Counted from the stretch's first letter, positions 39,774-52,834 are shown. The stretch is DNA of 64,000 nt from Eledone cirrhosa (GCA_964016885.1 OZ024760.1:2232001-2296000); one strand, 5' to 3'. Translations and numbers: made by a program. Notes: generated by a model from the sequence alone, not told the origin.

Positions 39774-42731
39774 TACACCCATTCATACAGACATACATAT
39801 ACACACACACACACATATATACATAGATACATACAGACATACATATACACACACACATATATATATATATACACCCATCGATACAGACATACATATACAC
39901 ACACAGACACATATATACACCCAACCATACAGACATACATATACACACACAGACACATATATACATAGATACATACAGACATACATATACACACACATTA
40001 TATATATATACACATATATACACCCATCCATACATACATACATATACACACACAGACACATATATACACCCATCCATACAGACATACATATACACACACA
40101 CACATATATACATATATACATAGACATACATACACACACACATATATATATATACACCCATCCATACAGACATACATATACACACACACACACATATATA
40201 CATAGATACATACAGACATACATACACACACACATATATATATATACACCCATCCATACAGACATACATATACACACACAGACACATATATACACCCATC
40301 CATACAGACATACATATACACACACAGACACATATATACATAGATACATACAGACATACATATACACACACACATATATATATATACACCCATCCATACA
40401 GACATACATATACACACACAGACACATATATACATAGATACATACAGACATACATATACACACACAGACACATATATACACCCATCCACACAGACATACA
40501 TATACACACCCATATATAAAATATATACAACATACACGCCCCTCTCCCAATACCTATCAGCTTTTACATCATATAGTGTATTTTCTATTGATCACATCAC
40601 TGACACATAATAATCAATACATTGATAAAAATTATCTTTATTATTTATCATATAATAATATATTGATGGATTTCCTACCACTCTCTCCCCCTCTCTTTCA
40701 TACACTCACATACTCTCTCCCCCTCTCTTTCATACACTCACATACTCTCTTTCCCTCTCTCCCATACACTCACTTACTCTCTCCTCTTCTCTCTCATACA
40801 CTCACATACTCTCTCCCCCTCTCTCTCATATACTCACATACTCTCTCCCTCTCTCCCATACACTCACATACTCTCTCCCCCTCTCTTTCATACACTCACA
40901 TACTCTCTCTCCCTCTCTCCCATACACTCACATACTCTCTCCCCCTCTCTTTCATACACTCACATACTCTCTCCCATACATTCACTTACTCTCTCCCCCT
41001 CTCTTTCATACACTTACTTTCTCTCTCCCCCCTCTCTCTCTCATATACTTACATACTCTCTCCCCCTCTCTTTCATACACTCACTCTCTTTCCCCCTCTC
41101 TTTCATACACTTACTTACTCTCTCCCCCTCTCTTTCACTCACTTACACTATCCACCTCTTTCTCATACACATACTCTCTCTCTCTTTCTCCTTACCCCTT
41201 CTCTCTCGGACACTCACTCTTTCTCTCTCTTTGCTCCCTCTCTCTGATACATTCATTCACTTACTCTCCTCTTCCTCTCTTACTTTCTATCTCTGTCAGG
41301 AATTCACTCATTCTATTTTTCTTTCTCTCTATCCTTCTAATTGACTCCCCCTCTCATTGTGTCTCTCTTTCTCTCTCACTCCCTGTCACTGTCACTCCTC
41401 TCTCACTGTCTGTTACTGTCACTCTCTCTCCCTCCCACTCTCTGTTACTGTCACTCTCTCTCCCTCCCACTCTCTGTTACTGTCACTCTTTCTCTCCCAC
41501 TCTCTGTTACTGTCACTCTTTCTCTCTCACTCTCTGCTACTCATTCACCCTCTCTTGCTTTCTCTGTCTCTCTCTCCCTACTCCCTCTCTGTCTCCCCCC
41601 CCCCTTCTCTCTCCATACCAGTTCTTTCTTATACAAGAGTTTATTGAATTCAAGAGTGTATATACACACCAACTGTGTATATAGATGTATGGATCTACAT
41701 ATATGCATGTATACATTTATATCTATATATATATGTATGTGTCTCGGTGTATATATGTAAATATACAGGTTTATATATATTTAGGTGCGTGTATATGTGT
41801 GTATATATATGTATGGATCTATATGTGTTGATGTATACATTTGTATCTGTGTATATATATGTGTATGGATTTACATGTGTGTGTGTGTGCATGTGTATGG
41901 ATGTATGAATCTACATGTATGTACTGTATGTACGTATATATCTGTACGTATGTATATGTGTGTATGTGTCTCAGTGTATATATGTGAATATATATGTGAA
42001 TCTACAGGTTTATATATATTTACATGTCTATATATATATGTGTGTGTGTGTGAGTGTATATGTGTATATATATTTACATGTCTATATATATATGTGTGTG
42101 AGTGTATGTGTGTATATATATATGTATGGATATACATATGTGTATGTATGTATATATCTGTATTGTGTGTATGTGTCACACTGTGTATATGTAAATATAC
42201 AGGTTTATATATATATTTACATGTCTATATATATATATGTGTGTGTGTGTATATGTGTATAGATCTACATGTGTGTATGTATACATCTGTATGTGTGTGT
42301 ATGTGTATATGGGGTGGACATGCGAGTATGCATGCATGTGTGGTGTGTGTGTGTGTGTGTGTGCATATGAAGGTGTGTTCATATGATTGAAGGTATCTAT
42401 CTACCTCTGTATAGGTGTGTGTTTTTATGTGTATGTGTGTGTTTGAGTATGTGTGTGTGTCTCTGGATGTGTGTGTGTCTCTGTATGCATGTATGTGTAT
42501 CTATGTTTGCATGTGTATACGTCCATACATGCATGTATGTGTGTGTGTGTGTGTGAATGCACATGTGTATGTGTGCACATGTGCATTTGTGTGTGTGTGT
42601 TTGTGTGTATGTGTGCACATGTGTATTTGTGTATTTGTATGTGTGTGTGTGTGTGTGTGTTTGAGTGTGTATGTATATGTGTGCACATATGTATTTGTGT
42701 GTGTGTGTCTGTGTGTACATGTGTATTTGTA

Positions 42732-42762
<31 letters not shown>

Positions 42763-43054
42763 CATGCATGTGCGTGTATCTTCTAAGAATTTCTTGGTCT
42801 CTAAAGATGTCTTTGTATACCTGGCCTAGGCTGTGTACTGACAGAAACAATTCTTGCATGACAAGCACTTCTCAATATTGGGTAGATGAGGTGGTGGGGG
42901 TGGGAGAGGGGAAGGAAGGTGGTGGGGGGAGAGACGAGAGGAAATAAAACCGAAAAATAGATGCAAAAAAAAGAAGGAAAAAAAGAAGAAAAAGAAAACG
43001 AGGAAAAAGAAGAAAACAAAAAATCAGTGAAAGAAGGAAAATGGAAGAGTAACA

Positions 43055-43086
<32 letters not shown>

Positions 43087-43330
43087 AGGAAAGAAGGAAG
43101 GAAAGAAAGAAAGAAAGAAGGAAAGAAGGAAAGAAAGAAGGAAAGAAGGAAAGAAAGAAAGAAAGAAAGAAAAGAAGAAGGCAAAGAAGAATAAAAATAA
43201 AAATTATATAATAATGGTAATAATAATAATTATTATCATAATAATAATAATAAGAAAAAATAAGAAAAATAAGAAAAACAAAATAATAATAAGAAGAATA
43301 AGAATAAGAAGAACAACAACAACAATACCA
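38935..43330. repeat. Extended low-complexity block of (CA/TA)n, (CT)n, (TG)n and (GAAA)n
   Basis: Mixed microsatellites over about 4.4 kb. Confidence 0.9.
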
Positions 43331-43570
43331 ACAACAAGGACACAAAGGAAGAGGATGTAGAGGTGGGTAAGGAGGTACATGAGACAGACAGTTTGATGTT
43401 AAGCTGTCATATTTGTGGCTGAAATCACCAATCACTGGACATTACATCGACCTCTGATGGCTAATGGTAGTTTGGTAGCTTTCATCCATCCACACTGATA
43501 CAATAGACAAACCACCATGTGTGTGTGTGTGTGTGTGTGTGCGTGTGTGTGTGTATATATATATATATAT

Positions 43571-43923
43571 ATGGAGGCACATGGCTTAGTGGTTAGAGCA
43601 TTGGCCTTGCAATCGAAAGGTTGTGAGTTCAATTCTTCAATTCTCAGACCAGGTGATGTGTTGTTTCCTTGAGCAAGACACTTTATTTCACATTGCTCTA
43701 GTTTACTCAGCTGTAGAAATGAGATGATAGGGACTGGGGTCCCTATCATTCCACTGCAAAGTGGTCGTGGAGGTGCCACGGAAAAAAAGCACCCAGCACT
43801 CACTGTAAATGAGGTTGGTGTTAGGAAGGGCATCCAGCTGTAGAAATCAAACCAGAATCAGTTCCTATCCCACCCTTGCAAGCAGGGAAAAGCGGACGTA
43901 AAATGATGATGATGATGATGATG
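43571..43923 (+). mobile_element. tRNA-derived SINE (family 1)
   Basis: Same consensus. Confidence 0.92.
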
Positions 43924-43924
43924 C

Positions 43925-44153
43925 AGAGGTTATATTTAATTTAAAAATTTTTTAATTTAAACATTTTTATAACTGATATAAAGTATTCAACAGCTTAGTG
44001 GAGTAAATATACAATATATTAATGAATGGAAACTATATTTATAAAACCATATTTATTTTATTATACATATTTCAAGGGCAACCAAGGCAAATTATGATGC
44101 GCTTTCATCAGATAAAATACAGATTTATTTTATAAATAAATATTGACATACCC
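43925..44153 (-). mobile_element. Hammerhead-bearing element (family A), minus strand
   Basis: Reverse complement reads ttttat-CTGATGA-aagcgcatca...tggttgccctt-GAAA-tatgta-TA-ataaaa. Confidence 0.75.
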
Positions 44154-44819
44154 GGAAAAAAAAAGACAACCTTAACGGTTGGAGCTTCCATTTATTAATA
44201 TATTGTATATATATATATATATATATATACAGACACACATATGCAAGTGTGTAAAAATTGACATAAAATCGCAGTTATATATATATATATACACACACAT
44301 ATACATACCGGCATATATTTATATATATATATATATAAATATGCTAGTATATATATATATACATACATACACACACATATATACATATAGATATTTACAT
44401 ATGGGTTATATCAAACATTAATAATAAAGTCCGATTCGTTTGTAAACAAATGTTCCAATTTAAAATGGCACATTCCGGGATAGTGTTTCCACTTTGCAAT
44501 GAGTTGGCCTTTGAGATGTAGACATTGCCGGCTAGGTGGTACCACCGCCGACCCGTACACTTGCGAGTCGCTGCCACGAAAGGCAGGTCCTACAGTTCAA
44601 ATAATTATTGTTTGCAGGCTATAAACCTCGTAATATCCTAAATTTTTCATTGACGCAAAACAACATCTATTGGTACCGTTGATATAAGGACTGGACCTTT
44701 CAAGTATCTTTTAAGGACAAAATTAAGTGCACACCCAATCAATTCCAGCTCTACCATACTAAAAATGCCAACAGAAAAAGAATAATTATCTAGTTTGCAC
44801 CACCTCTCCATTTCTTGGC

Positions 44820-45110
44820 TCAAAATAAATTGTTGTTGTGGCCACAAATCCCATTACTGTGGCCCGCTATGCAGAGGAAAGGAAGATAAACACATACTGG
44901 GATTGTCTAGCTGCTTCCTCTTCATACTGGTCACTGGACCCCGTACTGCTAAGCTCCTCTGCAAAATCAGAAATGCTGGTGTCCCTTCTGAGGAAGAAGC
45001 CCCGTGAGGTGGGGTGGTTGTTGCAGTGGGTGTCACCGGCCATTGTCCATGGGAATGCTTTTGGCGTCTTACCCAGGAGGTGCAGCCCCATTACCACCAT
45101 GCCCTAAATC
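44820..45110 (+). mobile_element. Degraded RLE-type (CRE-like) non-LTR retrotransposon C-terminus
   Basis: ARYAEERKINTY...KPREVGWLLQWVSPAIVHGNAFGVL resembles the CRE-clade AExxKxxKY...QRISxAIQRGNA motif. Confidence 0.5.
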
Positions 45111-45123
45111 TTAACCATCTAAC

Positions 45124-45404
<281 letters not shown>

Positions 45405-45483
45405 GTGTGTGTTTATATATACACATAGAGATATGGAAAAAACAGCTGTAAGAATATCGATAGTGATGATATATATATATATA

Positions 45484-45830
45484 ATGGAGGCACATGGCTT
45501 AGTGGTTAGAGCAATGGTCTTGCAATCGAAAGGTTGTAAGTTCAATTCTCAGACCGGGTGATGTGTTGTTTCCTTGAGCAAGGCACTTTATTTCACATTA
45601 CTCCAGTTTACTCAGCTGTAGAAATGAGATGATAGGGACTGGGGTCCCTATCATTCCACTGTAAAGTGGTCATGGAGGTGCCACAGCAAAAAAGCACCCA
45701 GCACTCACTGTAAATGAGGTTGGTGTTAGGAAGGGCATCCAGCTGTAGAAATCAAGCCAGCATCAGTTCCCGTCCCACCCTTGCAAGCAGGGAAAAGTGG
45801 ACGTAAAATGAAATGATGATGAATGATGAT
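45484..45830 (+). mobile_element. tRNA-derived SINE (family 1)
   Basis: Same consensus. Confidence 0.92.
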
Positions 45831-45835
45831 ATAAT

Positions 45836-46281
45836 TATAATGAAATGACTGGAGGCTGGACTTGTGTAAATCCTTGAAAGGTTTATTATACTATGATCAT
45901 TTCAATAACCGGGTTCCGTATGAATCCGGTGATATCATCAGGTATTCAAAATATAATAAGTGAATGTAATAGGTAAAATTCATGGGGCTGAAAATCAAAG
46001 ACCCGAGGACGACCGCCATCCAGCATCTTCTACCTTTGCCGGTCGCCCTCGAGTGACGTGGCTAAAGCTTACAGTGTGCTACTACCGGTCAAATAAAGGA
46101 AAACAGAAAGGGATAGGAACATAAGTCAGCGTTAATATCATGCCACAAGAAAAAAGAAAGAAAGAGAGAATACCTGATGATATCACCGGATTCATACGGA
46201 ACCCGGTCATTGAAATGATCATAGTATAATAAACCTTTCAAGGATTTACACAAGTCCAGCCTCCAGTCATTTCATTACAAT
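45836..46281. mobile_element. Fold-back hammerhead element (family C)
   Basis: About 110-bp inverted arms with a 220-bp spacer. atac-CTGATGA(46174)-...accgg...ccggt...-GAAA(46212)-tgatca-TA^gtat. Confidence 0.82.
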
Positions 46282-46428
46282 ATTTAACTCCGTACTAGCA
46301 CCAACCACTACAAAAACAAAGACGGTTGAACTGCTTTACGTTGAGTACTCTCCATATTATTACATTGAGATTGACCATACGGAATTGACCAGTTCTATCC
46401 AGTGGTGATCCTCAAACCTGAATATATA

Positions 46429-46790
46429 TATAGTTATGTAATAAACAACATAAGACAATTATTCCATTTACCAGTGGTTTCTTAAAAGCAAAAAATTTTG
46501 CTTTCAATCCTCAGAATGAAAAAATCCTGGTCTGTTTATTGAATTTGGATTTTAAAAACAAAAAAAAAAAAACTTTTTTTTTTATTTTTAAAATCCAAAT
46601 TCAATAAACAGACCAGGATTTTTTCATTCTGAGGATTGAAAGCAAAATTTTTTGCTTTTAAGAAACCACTGGTAAATGGAATAATTGCCTTATGTTGTTT
46701 ATTACATAACTATATAACTCTGTTACCTACATAGAGCACTCTTTTTTCCTGGACTTTTCCGATGGAATTACTTCATTCACACACATATAT
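46429..46790. mobile_element. Fold-back hammerhead element (family D)
   Basis: About 140-bp inverted arms meeting at an A/T tract near 46572. catt-CTGAGGA(46629)-ttgaaagcaaaa/ttttgctttt-GAAA(46662)-ccactgg-TA^aatg. Confidence 0.85.
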
Positions 46791-46994
46791 ATATATATAT
46801 AATGTGTGTGTATATATATATTATGTGTATATATATATATAATGTGTGTGTATATATATATATATGCAAGCATACATGCAGATAATCTACTAATGGATAG
46901 ATGGACCTCACTCAAGCCATTAACTCTAGTGTTCTGTTTTATATATAGTGGCCATTCTACTCCTCTTACTATACAATATTCTAAGATGGTACAT

Positions 46995-48240
46995 GTAATG
47001 GTGATGGTGGTGATAGTGGTGGTGGTGGTGGTAGTGGTGGTAATGGTGATGGTGGTGGTAGTGGTGATGTGATAGTGGTGATAGTGGTGGTGGTAGTGGT
47101 GGTGATGGTGGTGGTAGTGATAGTGGTGGTAGTGGTAGTGGTGGTAATGGTGATGGTAGTGGTAGTGGTGTTGGTGGTGGTAGTGGTGGTAGTGGTGGTA
47201 ATGGTGATGGTGGTGGTAGTGATAGTGGTGGTGGTAGTGGTGGTAGTGGTGGTAATGGTGATGGTGGTGGTAGTGATAGTGGTGGTGGTAGTGGTGGTAG
47301 TGGTGGTAATGGTGATGGTGGTGGTAGTGGTGTTGGTGGTGGTAGTGGTGGTGTGATAGTGATAGTGGTGATAGTGATAGTGGTGATAGTGATAGTGTTG
47401 GTTGTGGTGGTGGTGGTGTGATAGTGGTGGTAGTGGTGGTGTGATAGTGGTGGTGGTGTTGGTTGTGGTGGTGGTGGTGTGATAGTGGTGGTAGTGGTGG
47501 TAATGATAGTGGTGGTGGTGTTGGTTGTGGTGGTGGTGGTGTGATAGTGGTGGTGGTGTTGGTTGTGGTGGTGGTGGTGTGATAGTGGTGGTAGTGGTGG
47601 TGTGATAGTGGTGGTAGTGATAGTGGTGGTGGTAGTGGTGGTAGTGGTGATGTGATAGTGGTAGTGGGGATAGTGATAGTGGTGGTAGTGGTGGTAATGA
47701 TAGTGGTGGTAGTGATGGTAGTGGTGGTAGTGGTGGTAGTGGTGATGTGATAGTGGTAGTGGTGATAGTGATAGTGGTGGTGGTAGTGGTGGTGGTGGTG
47801 TGATAGTGGTGGTAGTGGGGATAGTGATAGTGGTGGTGTTGGTTGTGGTGGTGGTGGTGTGATAGTGGTGGTAGTGGTGGTAATGATAGTGGTGGTGGTG
47901 TTGGTTGTGGTGGTGGTCGTGGTGTGATAGTGGTGGTGTGATAATGGTGGTAGTGGTGGTGTTGGTTGTGGCGGTGGTGGTGATGATGGTGCTGGTGTTT
48001 GTTGTGGTGGTGCTGGTGTTTGTTGTGGTAGTGAAGGTGTTAGTGGTGGTGGTGGTGGTCGCAGTTGTGATGGTGGTGATGGAGTTTATGATTGTGAAGG
48101 TGGTGGGGTTAGTAATGGTGGTGGTTGTGAAAGAGGTGGTGTGGATGGTGATGATAGTGATAGCTGTGAAAGTGGTGGTGATGTAGTGGTCGTTGTGATT
48201 GGGGTGGTAATGGAGGTAGTGGTAGGGGCAGTGATGATGT
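46995..48240. repeat. (GGT/AGT/GAT)n degenerate trinucleotide repeat
   Basis: gtggtggtagtgatag tracts. Confidence 0.9.
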
Positions 48241-48295
48241 CAGTGTCAGACAAAATATGTTTGTGACATTTGTAACTTCACCACTACCACCTTAA

Positions 48296-48845
48296 CCCTT
48301 TAGCCTTTACTTTACTCTATATTTACGTTTATATTTTCACGGTTGTCCCACATAATATCGAATCTATGAGATTTTGATACTATTTATTTTGAGAACAATA
48401 CCTTAACATCAGTATGGGTGGCTGGTTACTGCCAGGTTAACTCTTTAGCATTTATATTACTCTATATTTACTATTGTATTTTCACGGTAAACACTTTATT
48501 TCACATAATATCAAATCTATGAGATTTTGATATTATTTATTTTGAGAATAATACTTTAACATTGGTATAAATGACTGGTTACAGCCAGTTTGAACAGAAA
48601 GAGGTGATAAAATTCTGGCTGGATATGGCCGGTTTAACCCTTTAGCATTTACATTACTCTATATATACTATTGTATTTTTGTGGTAAAGGCTTTATCTCA
48701 CATAATATCGAATCTACGAGATTTTGATGTTATTTATTTTGAGAACAATACCTTAACATAAGTATGAGCAGCCGGTTATGGCCGGTATTAACAGAAAGAG
48801 GTGAGGGACTTCTGGCTGGATATGGTTGGTTTAAATGGTAAAGGG
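48296..48845. mobile_element. Concatenated piggyBac-like MITE (three left ends)
   Basis: TTAACCCTTTAGC recurs at 48292, about 48437 and about 48634. Ends AAAGGG|TTAA. Confidence 0.82.
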
Positions 48846-49010
48846 TTAAACATCATCTCTGCTATTACATCTAATATTCTACCAAGTCCTACTCAATTGC
48901 TAGTGTATATTATAATAGTAGATTTTGTAATTAATTAACCATTCTTACTATCTTAAACATCATCTCTGCTATTACATCTAATATTCTACCAAGTCCTACT
49001 CAATTGCTAG

Positions 49011-49181
49011 TGTTATGAAGTTCATCTATCCTCAATATAACTTTGTTTTATTGCATATCTTTCTTTTCTTACAAATATTATTGTTATATTTCTTCAAGAC
49101 TAATTACTGTTTTTATATTCTAGATATTGAATAAAAGCTTGTAATTGGAGCTTTAGTTTTGCAATATTAGAACGCACAACA
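49011..49181 (+). repeat. 5' LTR
   Basis: TGTTATG...CACAACA, contains AATAAA at about 49130, identical to the 3' LTR. Confidence 0.97.
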
Positions 49182-49269
49182 ATTTTGTTCAATATCTTAT
49201 ACTATTCTTATCTTTTGCTTTTGCGTTTGTTGACATATTCCCTGGAGAAAAATGGCACCAAACTTTTCC

Positions 49270-52200
49270 CTTTGAAAGCAACGAAGCACTAATCACCCTG
49301 GATACTCAATTCTTAGCCCCCAGTCGTATACTCTATGCTAGACATCAACTCCTAACATGCCGCCAAAAGCAAGAAGAAACCGTCCAAGAGTTTATTAAAA
49401 GACTCAACCTTTTAGTGGAAAAATGTAACTGTAAAGCCATCACAGCTAAAGACCACAGAGATATGTTGATCCTGGATTCACTAGTAGCAGACGCTATACG
49501 AGCACGTCTCCTAGAGCTGGACGATACTCAAGCAAACCTAAAAGACTGCATAGCAATGGCAAATGCAATAGAACTATCCAGTGATTTTACTAAATCATTC
49601 AACCTAGACGTCTCTCTGAATTAGCAGCTACAAAATCAAAACAACCTCTTCTGAAATACTTGAAAAATGCTAATTCTCAAAGTGAATTTAAATGCTTTTT
49701 TTGTGGACTTTCTAGGCATCCTAGAAATAAATGCCCAGCTAGAAAAGACATATGCTATTCTTGTGGGAAGATCGGCCACTGGCAATCAGTCTGTAAATCT
49801 GACTGCCAAAGCAGTAAGCAAGCAGCCTCACTTATATGTTCATTAAATACCGGCAAACAATCTAAAGCTATTCTCTGCCCGATAACTATAAAAGACACCA
49901 CACTAAAGGCCTTAATCGATCCTGGTTCCACAGATTCGTTTATACGTCATAGCATAGCAACTGAATTAAACTTGAGCGTAAAACAAGAAAAACGGGCAAT
50001 CACACTAGCCGACAATAAAATATTAAAGACGACTGGTACTACATCCATACCAATATGTATCTACAGCGAGGAATACTCTGTGAACCTAATCACTGCAAAA
50101 GGTCTTGTCGCAGACGTCATTATCGGAATGGATGTCCTCACCCAGCATAGCTCTATTATTCTCCACCTTGGCGGTGCCCGGCCTCCCATGAAATTTTCAA
50201 ATCAACTATGCTGTACCTTTCCGACAATAGAAGTTAATCCGCCTCTTGTCTTCCACGATTTAGCCGAGACAAATATCAAGCCGATTGCCACTAAGGGACG
50301 TTTCATTAACAAGAGAGACGACAATTTTATTAAGTCCGAAATAACTCGCCTCCTAGAAGCCGGTATCATTGAGGAATCAATTTCACCTTGGTGAGCTCAG
50401 TGCTTCATAGTACACGGAAAGAAACCTCGACTCGTGGTAGACTACTCCCAGACAATTAATAAGTATACACAATTGGATGCCTATCCATCCCCCGACATTG
50501 AGGATGTTGTTAACAAAGTGGCACAGGATAAATATTTTTCAGAATTCGACCTCAAATCAGTGTATCACCAAGTACCTTTAAGAAAAATCGACAAACCTCT
50601 AACGGCATTTCAGGCTAATCACAAACTCTACCAATTCTGCTGCTTACCCTTCGGCGTGACTAACGCTGTACCTGTTTTTCAGAGAATTATGGATCAAGTT
50701 ATAGAGAAATATAACTTACTCAAAACCTATGCCTATATTGACAACGTCATAGTCACGGGAAATACCAAAGCTGAACATGATAGAAATGTGGAAGCATTCT
50801 TAAACGCCGTGAAGACAGAAAACCTAACTCTTAACTCGGATAAGAGTAAAATCTGCCAAACGAGTATATCTATACTAGGTTATAACATTCAGAACGGAGT
50901 AAAGAAACCCGATAAGGAACGCATCGAAACCCTACTAGACTACCCAATCCCAACAAACAAACAACAACTGAAACGATTCCTTGGATTCCTAGCCTATAAT
51001 GCTAGGTGGATTGCCGATTACTCGAAGAAAATCCAACCACTATTACAAGCTGACTCGTTCCCGCTGAATAAAGTAGCTACAGATGTAATACAAGCCATGA
51101 AAGCAGATATCTCTAATGCCGCTCTTAGCATTCCTCTTAAAACTGGCCACGCATTGGTAATAGAAACAGATGCGTCTGGCGATGCAATCGGAGCTATACT
51201 TTCTCAAAACGAACGGCCCGTGGCCTTCCTGTCGAGAACACTTACACCGTCCGAGAAAAGACAATCAACTGTGGAGCGAGAAGCTATGGCTATTATTGAA
51301 GCTGTACGGAGATGGTCACAATACGTGAAGTGTTTTCATACGATTATACGGACTGACCAAAAATCAGTAGCCTTCATTTTCTCGAGTAATAAATCACGAA
51401 TCAAAAATGATAAAATATCTCGCTGGCGTTTAGAACTATCAGAGCATCAATTTGACATTGACTACAAACCCGGCTACCTCAACACCCAAGCCGATTGTCT
51501 TTCAAGAATCGCTGCAGCTATATCGCCACCCTGTGATTTAAAAGTACTCCACGACCAACTAACACACCCAGGAGTAACTAGATTTTACGATTATATCCGA
51601 CGCCATAACCTGCCCTTTTCCGTAGACAAAATCCGCGACGTCGTCAAAAACTGCGTATCATGTTTGGAGTGCAAGCCAAAATTCTTCAAGCCTCCATCTG
51701 CTAAACTCATTAAGTCAACAAGGCCGTTCGAACGTCTGTCAATCGATATCGTTGGACCAAAACCAAAATCTTCAAAAGCAGGAAACATATACTTATTGAC
51801 TGCAGTAGACGAATTCAGCAGATTCCCTTTTGCTTTCGGTATCCGTGACATCACCTCAAACACTGTCATTAACTGTCTCAAACAAATCTTCTCAATATTC
51901 GGAGCTCCCTCATTCATACACTCTGATCGAGGAACTCAGTTTCTCTCCAAAGAATTCAATCATTTCTGCTTGTCCAATGGTATATCCCACACGCGCACTT
52001 CGCCATACCATCCACAGGGAAATGGCCAAAACGAGCGCTAAGCGCTACAACGGAGTCCTCTGGAAAGGAATTCAATGCATAATTAACTCGCGCAAACTTA
52101 AAGAAACTAAGTGGGAAGATATCATACCAGAAGTTCTCGCCTCGCAACGATCACTTCTCTGTACAGCGACTAATGAGACACCCCATAACCATATATTTAG

Positions 52201-52650
52201 ATTCGATTGAAAGGGTTCCTTAGGATTTTCCCTACCAGATTGACTTAGAGTTGGAAACGACGCCTATATTAGAAACTTTATTCGCACAAAGAACGACCCA
52301 TTAGTGAATAAAGTTATTATCGAACAGATGGTGAATGCTAATTTCACGGTTGTCAGATATCAAAATGGAAGATCTAGTACAGTCTCAATCTAGATCAGCA
52401 GACCTCTCCCCTGGCCCAATTAATTGTCAAAATAATGACAATCAATCCATGCAAGAAAACAGTTCGATTAGCAGTCCTGCTGATATGCAGAGACCACTTA
52501 ACATCGACCACAGTAACGATCTACTCTTAGATGATTGATTTAAATCCCATGGCAAATAGCACTAGCATCCTATCGCAAGTTCCTGCTGACCCCGTGAGAC
52601 GAAGCAATCGTATACGCGTAGCCCCCAAGCGCTATATTGAAGAACAATAA
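49270..52650 (+). pseudogene. Disrupted gag-pol of the Gypsy element
   Basis: Gag (ARHQLLTCRQ), two CCHC knuckles, protease ALIDPGS, RT (LPFG, YIDN), RNase H (ETDAS), integrase (HxxxxHPG, IDIVGP, VDEFSRF, HSDRGTQF, YHPQGNGQNER) and C-terminal RRSNRIRVAPKRY. Frameshift near 49615, in-frame TGA at 50392, 7-bp duplication near 52036, further stops near 52208 and 52241. Confidence 0.95.
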
Positions 52651-52663
52651 AATCGGCGAAGAA

Positions 52664-52834
52664 TGTTATGAAGTTCATCTATCCTCAATATAACTTTGTT
52701 TTATTGCATATCTTTCTTTTCTTACAAATATTATTGTTATATTTCTTCAAGACTAATTACTGTTTTTATATTCTAGATATTGAATAAAAGCTTGTAATTG
52801 GAGCTTTAGTTTTGCAATATTAGAACGCACAACA
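52664..52834 (+). repeat. 3' LTR
   Basis: Identical to 49011-49181 and followed by the TSD GCTAG. Confidence 0.97.

Larger units (their letters stand above)
49011..52834 (+). mobile_element. Ty3/Gypsy LTR retrotransposon, Mag-like lineage, defective
   Basis: Identical 171-bp TG...CA LTRs (49011-49181, 52664-52834). 5-bp TSD GCTAG (49006-49010, 52835-52839). Purine-rich tract before the 3' LTR. Domain order gag-PR-RT-RNaseH-IN. Confidence 0.97.

Noticed and set aside
38908-43435. Many long His/Thr/Tyr/Ile/Val/Cys ORFs
   Set aside because: Dinucleotide microsatellite artefacts.
50733-50744. RT motif YIDN instead of YxDD as a novel catalytic variant
   Set aside because: From one defective copy I cannot tell decay from a lineage trait, and I recall YxDN in related Gypsy families. 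It needs an alignment of intact relatives.
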